In this document: positions 13,401 to 25,400 of the stretch, piece after piece | Position numbering within the stretch: the stretch's first letter is position 1 | Layout of the letters: each line of letters begins with the position of its first letter | From: Tubulanus polymorphus | Taxonomy: Eukaryota > Animalia > Nemertea | Assembly: GCF_964204645.1 (NCBI RefSeq) | Contig: NC_134029.1 | Coordinates: 24,360,950 to 24,424,949 of the forward strand | Direction of reading: 5' to 3' | Length of the DNA stretch: 64,000 nucleotides | The notes under the pieces: generated by a model | What the model was told of the DNA's origin: nothing | What the model saw: only the letters and a program-made list of their open reading frames with translations | Database searches by the model: none | Program-made: the position numbers and the translations under genes

Positions 13401-16400
13401 AGAAAAAAAACAACAATTTGATTTATAACTAGGGAATAACCTGTATACACTGGAGTATATAAATAAAGCCGTCCATTCATTCGTGCGATCTCGGAGACTA
13501 GAAATTGAGCTGCTACCGGAATTTGATATTACCCCGATGTATTTTAAATCATGCCGTCAACTGTGTGTGAGTATTTGCGCCCGTATTCTCAGATCGATAC
13601 GATTATAGTATATGACTCGTCTCACGTCTGACTCGTACAAACAAGTCACACTAACCCGGCATCAGCCCATACCTTCTTATGAAAAAAAAAACGAAATTCA
13701 TTCAAATATTTACACGTTGAAAACGACCGAAATATATCTATGATAATCTATGACCCTTTATAGTTATTTCCAAATCATCAAGCAGCCAAATGAGATTAAC
13801 TAAAATCAGTCACAAGTTGATTCATTAGAAGATTGTTTATCAGAACCGAAACCGAAATTTCCAACGTACTTAAGCTAAAATTTCAAAGTTAAATTTATCA
13901 TGCTACGTTCTGTGTTTATTTCGTTTCGTTAGTACGTCGTGAACCCTTTCATAGCTAGCGAGAAATTCTCAATTCCACGCCAACTTTCTAATCATTTTCA
14001 TCTTCATCAAAGAATATCAAATTTCTGTTATTTATTATGAATCGTAAAAACGTCAAATAAATCGTCTGGCGTCAGGTAGAAAAAACAAGAGAAAAACGAA
14101 ACGGCGGTCGATGCTATGATGATAAAACTCATGTTCATATAGATTAGAATTGGTTGCGGAATTCTGAGAGCGCTGACAACAGCTTAAAGGCAATCTGATT
14201 AACAATAAATAAAACAAGAGAAATTCCTGTCTTATTTACTTCTGTCTCTCTCCACTCACCCCTCTCTCCTCCCTCTCTCTTTATTCCTCTCACTCCTCTC
14301 TCTCTCTCTCTATAAGAGATAGAGAGAGAATAGATTCTTGCGTCATACCCGCACAGTCTGCGCCGCGGCCGTTAAAATTCCTGTCGATATTTCTACGAGA
14401 CAAAAATATGACTCGCGCGCGGCGGGATCAGATAAGCGTAAGATATCTTTCAGATCTTTTCATTTCACGTTTATCAATAAGTATAACCCGATCAGCGATG
14501 TGAAATGATACACGTCTATAATACGCGCCGCTTTCAACATCCATCAAAACGAATTCAAACAAATCCGATTTTATCGTCAGTAAAACTTCTCAAATGACTC
14601 CTCATTTACGCGATACAGCTCAAATCGGTGAATTCGACTAAAAATCCTTAAAATTTTCAATTGCCTTGTCAATCTGCCCAATTCTTCTCTTGTCAATGTT
14701 GTTGTCAGTTACTGTCACTGTCTATAACTACGTTCTGATTTTGTTTCGATGAAGGCTATATGAGTTCTAGCCGAAATATGTCAACAATACGTTTTGCATA
14801 TGTAAAAAAAAGATCTAAAATGTTCGTTTTGATTTCTATTGGCACTCAAGATTATTTTCATTACCGGAGTATAAAAACTTTTAAATTGCCCGATACTCAA
14901 CGCAGTATCTTGTTAACTCGATTAGATATCTACAATAGATTATAACAAACTGAGGATGTATCTTTGCTAAGATCTATTTTGAAAATGGCTCATAGATACC
15001 CGTCGAATCATAAACATCCTCTACTGTAATTCTATTAGTCAATTGATTTGACTCGTCTACGAAATTCAGCCGAAATGCTATAACTGAATAACGTGGAGTC
15101 TACTGAATCAAGGTGACATTCAAATTAATTACCGCCGCTGAAATAAACTGTCGGTAAATTGAGTTTTACTCAAACACATTTTGAATATTCTGCTTCAGTT
15201 GAAACCGTTAATCGTATTACGCAATCGTGTTTCCGTCAATAGCTCGATCTATTTCTCAAACGACGCCGATGTTTGTATTTTGTATTTGCCTGTTAAAGCG
15301 TCGCGGGTGTCTGATTAATATATTCTTAATCAGCGCTCTAATTGAGAGCAGTTTTTCTGTACAGTTTCCAAGATGATGCACGGTTGTTGCAGTGTTACAC
15401 GCGTTGATAATTCGTCACGGCGTGATTCATTTTATTGATACGGGGTAAATGACTGCTTTGAGAAATCTGGTACAGCACGTCTGGGACCCGGCGCGCGTAT
15501 TGTTACTTCTCCCTTGTTGGTTGAAATAGCGAGAGACAGGTCGTTAAATTCATGTTTTCAGTTAGTCCCCTGGCTACAAGTGAAACAGTTTGATTCGAAT
15601 TTGTCATTTTTATGTCCAGGTCATTTTCACGCCCTCTATGCTCTTTTTATGGCAGTATGCTCAGCGACATGTGCGGGAGTGAACTCGAGTAGATCGCGAT
15701 TCTCAACACCCGTTTTCTTTTATTACAAAAAGATAATTCGCCACTAGACTGCGCCTTCGCGAAATTGGGGCATCGCCCACACTTACCATAGATCACCTAT
15801 AAACCTAGATAAGACTCAAGTCTCGAAACAGTAAAGTAAAAATGGAGCCCAGCCACAGCCCATCTGGTCAGAAACCTAACACAAACCAGCAGATAACCCC
15901 AATCCTAGCTCCACAATAACCCTAACCCTAGATTCGAACCCGGGGTCACAGCGTGCCAGCCGAGCGTGCTAACCACTAGACCACCAAGCTCTAGCGGTTG
16001 AGTGGGTTTGTAAGTTTGTCTGGTCAGTGTGGTGACTAGTGACCAGTCAGGTGTGGTCACTTCATTCACGTACAATCCCGCTATCATTTTAACATGGCAT
16101 CAGATAAGAGGGGTCTATTTGCAATAACGATAGATGTTGGTTAGAAATCGATAAGATTCCGCTCTGTTACTGGCTAAATAGAGATCCCCCAGTGGTTGAC
16201 CGACCGAATCATATCAGGTACGAACGTTACTTTGAGAAAAACAACAAAACCTTGACATTTTCGCCGCAAAGCAAAATATGTCGATAACAGATCGAATAAA
16301 TTGATAGCATCAGTTCCTAAAGATCACACGAGGTTTAGTTCAAATTACAGCTCATTTCTACCGTGTCCTTGTGGTAACTACAAACGTAACGTTTGTGCAC

Positions 16401-19400
16401 CTACAAATACTGACTTCTGAGACAGAAAATATGCGAGTCAGCCCAGAGGGTGAAATAGAACCAACATGCAGGATGCGAGCCCTGCCTGAATAAATCGAAT
16501 CCGGAGTATCAGAGTCATCGTATTGATTTCAAATCTAATATCAGCTCTCCTGATTTTCATTGAAAAACTTAATGAAATTTTGTGTTAGAATTTGACTTTG
16601 AAAATCAGAGTTTAAAATATTGAAGATGAAATGATTTCAACTTTAAATTCGACCGTGGAACTGGTAAAATTGTGGAACTGGGTCAACCATGGAACTGGGT
16701 CAATTGTGAAACTGGGTCAAGCGTGGAACTGGGTCAAGTGTGAAACTGGGTTAACAGTAACTGTGAGCTGGATTAACGCACCCAATGCTTAATGAAGGTG
16801 GAAAGGTTTTAGACGTGTTGTAAATGAGGCTATAATTAATTAGAGTCCAGACATTTCATTTCGTGCACGATATTAAAAATGAACTCAGTTCCACCCGGTG
16901 TTACTTAGTTCCACCCGGTGTTACTTAGTTCCACCCAGTGTTAGACCGTTTAATGAAGTAATAAACCCAAACAGACCGCGCTATCAACAGATGTCGTGAT
17001 CACGTGAGTATTTGATGGAATAATGATTTGCTGCTGATAATAAATTGATCAGAGCCGCCGGGTGTTTTACCTGAATTTCACCCCCCCCCCCAACCCTTCT
17101 CTCCTTCCATCGTCTCCTGCGCTTTATCGAAACTCTGCTTTCCCATATTAAAAATTTCCAATTACGATAAAAACCGTGCTAATATCTATTGCACACGTCA
17201 CGTGACAATACTATTACGATGATCGGATTATTCCGGTATCCGGTGAGATTCAGTTGTAGATCAGTCTCTCTCGATATAACTATCCTAATATAACTATCCC
17301 AGTAAAACTATCCCAGTAAAACTATCCCGGTAAAACTATTCCAATAAAACTAACTCAATATAGCTTATCCCAATATAACTATCTCAATAGAACTATCCAA
17401 AAGAACTCCTCCAGAAGAACTATCCCAGTAGAATTATTCCAGCAGAACTATCCCAATAGAACTATCCCAATAGAACTATCCCAGTAGAACTATCCCAATA
17501 GAATTATCCCAATAGAACTATCCCAATAGAACTATCCCAATAGAACTATCCCAGTAGAACTATCCCAATAGAATTATCCCAATAGAACTATCCCAATAGA
17601 ACTATCCCAATAGAACTATCCCAGTATTGAAAAATACTAGAGCTAATCCTGTTTCACGTCCCCTAAGAGGAACAACCTGGTGTGCTCCGGGCTCAAGAGA
17701 ATTCATGGGAACCCGCTCGAGTTATAGTCAGATAAAGATGTTCAGTAAGTTTGATGTCTTGTTTAAGTTTCGCTATCGAGTCTGCGGTAACACATAGTTC
17801 GCGGTGTCTGTTTTAAAGTTACCGAACCGTAAAATTACAAGCCTAACAAACACAAGTAAAAAGAGGTTCGCATCTCACGAGGCAATATTCATTACCACTA
17901 CAACGTCTTATGCTCAATTTGTTTTACCACGGACAAACTACAGGTCATACTCATTGTTCCGAGCACCTAGTGACCGATTTGTCTCAGAACTCGTCGGGAA
18001 TTTCTTCAAAAGAAGAAAGAAAACTAAGACAGCGCAATAGACGACGGAGAGGATTGTCCCGAGCACTAATCGACCGATCGTCTTGCGCATGAATCAGAAC
18101 AATGACCTTTTCGTCCGAAATGGAACGACGCGTGGAATCCACTTTAGTTGATGAATTAATCGGACAAATCGACCAATTATCAAAATGTAACACGTTTAAG
18201 CCGCTTGAGAAACTTTCACGCAATCCTTTTATCTCCGTTTAAAGCAAGATCTGTTATTAGATAAACCGAATCAAAATTTGACAGTTTTTACTATTCTCGA
18301 TTATAACGTGTTAAGAACTCGATGAAGGTTTTTACCGAGTTCGTACGAATACTGAATGTTTGCGCGCAGCTAGCTTTGGACGGAACCGTTTCCAAAATGT
18401 AGCTGAAATAATTACGTGCAATAACATGTATTATTTGTCCAGAAAACTACTATATTCATTTTTCACTTTTAAATAATTCATTTTTTAGACAGAAATGTGT
18501 TCTGGTCTACATCGTAAAAGCCACCGAGATATTTATATTCCCATTTGTCATTAAAATTATGGTCGACGCTGCAAGCAAACGATGTGCGGTGTTGACTGGA
18601 ATGAGAACTCAAGTGGTGATCCGCGATAAGGCGAAAAATGATGCCGAATTAAAACTCTCCCTCTCTTTCTCACAAAAAGAGCCGTATTTGATATCAATGT
18701 AACAGTAATGTGGACGCGTGGATCGTGAAATATCGTGACAAAAAAGACTAAAAACCAACGAATGCCATCAATGGTCCGCTAATATTCACCCGGTACCTGT
18801 AGTACAGTGTAAAGAGACAACGTGATGCGGAATGAATGGAACGTCACGATAGTTTATTCAGTGACCACGTCACGTCCTCTCTTACCAGACGGGAAGTGAG
18901 AGCCTTCGAGCTTTAGTTCACGTATCAAAAACTGCATTCAAAGTAATAGAAACATCAAAACACAACCCCAAAGAGTAGTGCGAAATAAAATTGTAATGGC
19001 GTAAATTATCTGCTGCCTGAAACTATTTTCCTCTCTCGTCCATTTCTATAATATATCACTGCACTCGGTGCGCTCCGCGTCTATTTTTGTAGAATAGATT
19101 TATCTTGATATGTTCGTATGAAATTCTGTCATTTGTCTGAACAAATACAATAGCAAGAGATTTAAAGTTATTGGAGTTATTGGCACTGTGTTCTTCGGTC
19201 GAGAATTGTGTCAATAAAACCACGAAAATATCTGATTCTCTTCTGATTGAGTTGAGTAGAGAATTGCGATTGAGACTTTATTAGTTTTTTGATCTGGAGA
19301 AAGAGAAGCGTAGGATTGATTGACTGTGGAATACTTGCTGCACTGGAAACACTTCATTTTGGCCTTTGGAATTTTTTTTCATTGAATACATTACAATAAA

Positions 19401-22400
19401 AACTGGCATAAAATCGATGTTCGAAGCTTCGGAATAACGGTTTAGAAGTAAAGGTCATTGACGTTTTTTCTCTGACTCAAGTTGCAGTAAAAGTTCCATA
19501 AAAATTAATTCATTCTGAAGGAATCTGGGGGATCGAAGTTGACCAGGATCACCGTGGCGTTGGATTTTTATATTCGAGATAAGCGCGTATTTTCTTGAAT
19601 AGAAATGGTGCCCACACGAGTAGCTGATTCTGTGAACTAACAGTCTGTCAATCGCTACCTATCGACGAGAAGAATATATTTGATTTGCTGCCGAATTGCG
19701 GCGCAACTCAAACGCTTAAAAAGCAATCACCAGCCGGATTAGTTTATAGAACTGTATACGGTTATAACTAATGAGTCGGAGTCGGGGCGGAGATAAAAAC
19801 GACCTGTGGTTCTGTGACACTGCGTGAATGGTTGAGTCGATTTCCTGTCTTATATACCACATCCTGTGAGTCCTAACCTACAGTACGATTCCACATTTCA
19901 ATTTTCACTAACGCTAACTCAGCAAACTTGGCTCATTGAATTCTGGTCATGCGCAATTCTACTTTGATTAATCTCTAATTTCTCTCGGTCTCGCATGCCC
20001 CGTTCCCTGAGGCTTAGATATTGCTCGACGAGATCCGTAAATTCGACATGCCCGCGCCATTAGGCAAATGAGTCGACATTGTTGAAGACATCCTCAGTAT
20101 ACACAATATAACGAACCACATTGAAAAAAAAGAAGTGGGTAATCCTTCACAGTTTCATCGGGTTAGAATATCTTAACAACTTCACCTCGTCGACAATAAT
20201 GACACATCTAGAAGCATTAAAAAACGATCAGAAGCCAGGCTTGAACGAGGAGATATGAATTATCGTGTAACACCTCGGTGATTATATCTCACACATTCCT
20301 GTTTAACCGTCCTCTATTCCAATTCGATTTGGATTTTGCCGGATTTTATGAGACGTCGAGATGAAGAACTTTACAATCGTTAAAGACTCGTCAAAGTCGT
20401 TCCGCGGATTTAACGGATACTTGAGTCTTACGTATTAAAGTGAAAATCAAGATGGCCCGCAGGCAGCAGTGGTGTCGCTAGTGTACGGTTGACTGGCTCT
20501 AGACACGTCGAGTCTAATTCTAAAACGCTTGTTAAGAATTACTTGTAATGTTATTTTCCTCAAACGTTTTAAGTAAACGGGATGATCACAATCTCATTAA
20601 ACAATATCAACATTTATCGGTAATCTCTGTAAAATCAAAGTATTTGTCTTGTTTTGCTTTGTTTTATTATTGAAGATGACCGTGATATTCAGTTGGATGG
20701 TGTTCTGCTGCGATGAGTCTGGAGGTTGTCGGTGAGGACTATCCTGGCAATGTGGCCCCTCTAACAGGTAGGGCACACGTACAGTAAGTATAAGGCGCTA
20801 TCTGGACTAGGAAGCCTCTCAAACGGGGAACAAATAGGTAGGCGCTGATTCTGTGCCTTGTTCTAGCGGTTCATTCATGTTTTCCCACTCTCTTCTTTGT
20901 CTCGTATTTCACGAGTTAAACAGTTTATGTAGTAAACACGATGATATATCCCTACGATTTCTAGACAAAGTGACACTTTTCTTTGAAACTATTGCATAAA
21001 GAAGATTGGAATTCAAACTTTCCCACCGGTGTTAGATTAAGTTTTCAGTAAGGATTTATATCCAAGCTACGTGCGGTGTAAAAGTCAGCAGTCAATTCCT
21101 TTTCGCGGTGTATTTCAGAATCTGAAGGTATAAGTTAACAAGTAAAAAACAAGATTCCAAGGAGAGAGGTGTAATTATTTAAAACCCGTTATCAGCAAGA
21201 GAACGTTTGTAATTACAGCGCAGCTTTAAAACATAAAACAAAGGTGTTTTCGGAGAGGGAAGCTGAACAGTATACATCAATACATTTAAAACTGTTGCGC
21301 CGAAGAAAAAATATATAAAAGCCAGACATTCTACACGGGCAAGGTTTAAATTTATTGTTTCTTAATGCTCTTTGTCGAATGGTTTATCCATCGAGAATGT
21401 TATCAGTTTAGAAATCTAGAGGGCGTTCTGTGGTTCTGAAATCTGACATTATCATTGAGTTCGCGAGAAAAGTTGTTCGACTATTAAGATTCCGACGAAA
21501 GTATTTTCGCTTAGTAATTCCGACAACAGCAGAGACGTGACAGATTACTGCTATCAACGATTCAGGATCTAGATATTCCCAGGACCCTCTAACTTATGCA
21601 ACGAAGTTTTTATCAAGTATGTCCATGGTGCAGTCAAATATATATTGGTCATTTATTATTCCGGACTGACCACAGCAGCAGCAGCAGCAGCAGCGGCGGC
21701 AGCAGCAGCAAACAGCAGCAGTCCCCCATCGCTCGTAACCTTTAGTTGAACCTGGCACCGGTCTGGGTGCTGTCTGAATCATAGCTAGCACACACTGTTG
21801 ACGTCTGATCTTGTTGATCTCAATAATTCGATGCTCTCTCAGTTCGAGGGACTCGTCAACTTATCACGTTCTTCATAGTCTCATTATAATCCCGTCCATT
21901 GCATATTAATAAACTCAATACGGGCTGATATGATGATGACGTTCCTCTCTCGCACTGTATCACGAGAATTCATATTGTTTCTCGAATCTCTTTCTCAATT
22001 CATATAAATGCTGTTGGCAGTTAATTTAAACAGCTCTCCCGAACCTGAGTACTATTACACAACCCAAGGTCGCATGAAATGATTGTACTTCCGAGCCTCG
22101 TGCGCCTAATTACTACATAAAATTCTCGTGTGAATTATTCAGAAGTTACACTCGCTATTCAAACGTTTATTTCATTCACGAAAAAAGACACCGTCAATTT
22201 CGGACTGAGACAGAGAGAGAGGGGGGAGTGAGAGATTGAATGAGAAAACGATATAATCAGAATAGGATCAATCAAAATAAAACCAGCGACAATTTAAATC
22301 CTACCAAGAGGTGTCAACAGTAATCTGACATTCTGTCTGACGATGACTAAAGATTCCCACATACTAAGAACTGAGATAAATCTAAAAGTTTTCGTCACGT

Positions 22401-25400
22401 CTTTTTCGCAGCTGACTTATAACCACCATCGAATAGATTAGTGGGGACTGGACCCTTATTCAAGGGGATCTATCTAGAATAAAAACTGGTGATGCATATC
22501 TCTGCATTTTTGCGACTATCAGACATGAAGTCACGCTGGAAAAAATGCTTGTTTATATCGCAGTAAATTGACAGAAATGTACCACCTATCAATGTTCACT
22601 GTCGGTGCTGTCTCTCTGTCTAAATTGAATCGACCCCTAAGCGTTCGTTCAGCTGCCAGAATATGACAACAGTAAATGGTGGGAAAATACTTCATTTCTG
22701 CTGCCAGGAAGTCACAAATGGTGCACCATATTACTACAATCAGCAGTGTCGCTAAATTTCCTTTTGATGTCGTTTTACTTTCGAACCTAATTTCACACGT
22801 CAAGGCTGAATCATCGCTCTGAGAGGAAGGTGAGGATACACGACTACAAAACCTCCAACCCTGGATCCAAGGTAATCCCAACACTCGATTCTTGGCAAAA
22901 TATGAAGTTTCTTCGTTGATGATTATTTGATTATTTTCTTTAAGCTTCCGTTAATTTGGTGATCGAATCTCTTAAGTTTTTTTTAAGATGACTAAGCCCC
23001 GAAGAAACTGTAGGAATTGAAACTACGTTAAAAGCGATAAGCCGAATTTTTCCATTTATGTTTTGACGACTTTTTTTCTGGTTTATTGTGTTTAAAGGCT
23101 AGACAAGAATTAGATTAGACACTACTAGTAATCATTTACGAATTTCATAGAACGACTAACCATGTCAGTCATTTCATTTCCAGGGGCCAGTTGCGCAGTC
23201 ATTCCTGAAGTCAGGAGGCGGTCTTAACTCTGAAACTGGTTTAAAGTTTATTAGATTGGCTATACGACTATAAGTTCGTTTTAGACTGGTCTTAAGCACG
23301 ACTGTGTGAATTTAAACCAACTTACGTAGTTCCGTGGCCAATCTAACAACTTACACTAGCCTGAGGATTTTAAACAGTTTTTGGACTTTTGGACCTAAGT
23401 CACGAATATGCAACCTGGGTCCAGATCATTAATGCGTTAAACTAATGGAACTCATTCATGATACAAACTCCTAGACTACAATGTTACAATACCGCCTATA
23501 ATGACTTCAGTGAGAAAACTATGCTGAATATGTTAATACCCATATATTCGTATCCTAATCATTTTGCAAGGCGACAAATTTGTTCAGAGTTTGTGGATCC
23601 TGATTCTGAAGTATTGAGAAGTATAGGGCTGAAGCGGATTTAGGGCGATCGGTTGGAAAATCAGCTGTGAAACTAAAACCCGTCAATAATTTCCGGCAAA
23701 AGACAGTAATATCTCTGATATATCGGTTACCGGGGGGTAAAGACGTAGTAAGATGAATGAGTAGTATTACAGTATTTGAATGAGTGTACACTGAGTAAAC
23801 TCGTCCTCAGTGATTTATCATCTAAGTTCGTCCAAGCGCATGTGAAATCACCTCTAATCACTGAATTACCAACTTTCACATCGAATTACACAATTTTACG
23901 GTACAAAGACACGTCCACCGCCGGTACCGCGTTTTAGTTATATCTTCGAGTGGTTTCAGTACTGTGGAGCCGGATTTATTACACCGTATGAAATAAATCT
24001 TGTCGCGGGTAGAAATATATCGGAATATATCGGAAGATATCGTTTTATTTGCGATGGATTTGTGTATTCAAGAAAGCCGCGTTGGTTTTCAATGATGCAA
24101 ATTCATTTGACAGTCAATGTTGACATTGCCGCGGTGTCCGCGGTTCACTGTGCGATGGCCTCATTTGTCAAAATTGATTTCGCAAATTTCGCCACCAAGA
24201 CTCTTTTGAGATTTCCAACGTGACCTAGTGTGTATCGAGAACATCATTTAAAGGTCACTGGAGCATCAAAATAATTAATTCAGAATTCAAGCACAACAAC
24301 TCGCATCGCTTCGATCGCAGTAAGTGAAATACTGGAAATCTGTTTCGGTGAAGAAAATCAGGAAAGAATTTTGGGATTCGACACGCCCGGGTCATAATTC
24401 CATGATTTGTGACGTCAGTCGATCTACACAATAGTACAGTTTCGCTGTCAGCTTTGAATAAGCAGTGTCGTTGAAACTGATTTTATATTTTTTGTTCTGT
24501 GTTTCAGGCGTATTCTTGGTTTTCATGATATTTATATCTCCCTATGTCTTCAGAATGTGAAATCTTTATCCCGCCTAGCATACTGGGCGTTGACTCCTTC
24601 CTAAAAGCGCCCACTCTTGGAACTTATCTAAGGCAGGTGATGGGATAGGTGCTACACTCACCTTCGATTAGTTTCCTGAGTGGTCCGGGTTTTAAAGGGT
24701 TAAAATTGATGCCGAAACCGATTGATAAAAAGGTGAAATGAATAGATACATTCGTTACATTTTATTCCACGAAGAAATGATGAAAATCTCTTCGAAAGTC
24801 CCTTCGCTTCAGAATCTCAGACACGTCTCTAACTACAATACATAACAATGGCACGAGCAACTTTTGACAGAACGTTCGGGGAAATTGTTCAAAGTTCTCC
24901 GCGACAATCGATGCTATAAAACCCGATTCAACAATTCTGCACTAAATTCTAACCCAGAGCTCAATAATAATTGAATCTTATTGAAAATTGAGGAACTGGG
25001 TCCGAAAATCTATTTTTAAGCTAACAAAGAGTTTCTGTAAATAGAAGAGCTCGGTCCGGATGACATGCAGTTCACACACATGTACGAACGTACTTAAACT
25101 GTCAGTTTTATCTGCTATACCTGAAAGCTTGCATCATCATTCTGTAGATATGTCAGTGAATGTCAGTATGGATGATGGTATGATCACAATTCGCTTATCG
25201 GAATTTATTGTTTATCGGGGTTAAACAATAGGAGAGATTGTCTGAATTCCCCGCTTATCTTTAATCTAACTCACATCATACAAAGATTCCCTGAGAAAGT
25301 ACTCTTTTTATGCACTTAATAGCACGACGCACAGCTTTCATCTGAGATCGTCGATGCCTTGAGGGGTTTATCTGGAATATTTATGAATAGATTCTGCATG

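Noticed and set aside
15920-15990. Functional tRNA gene
   Set aside because: A- and B-boxes are present but the acceptor and anticodon stems do not pair; better explained as a SINE head.
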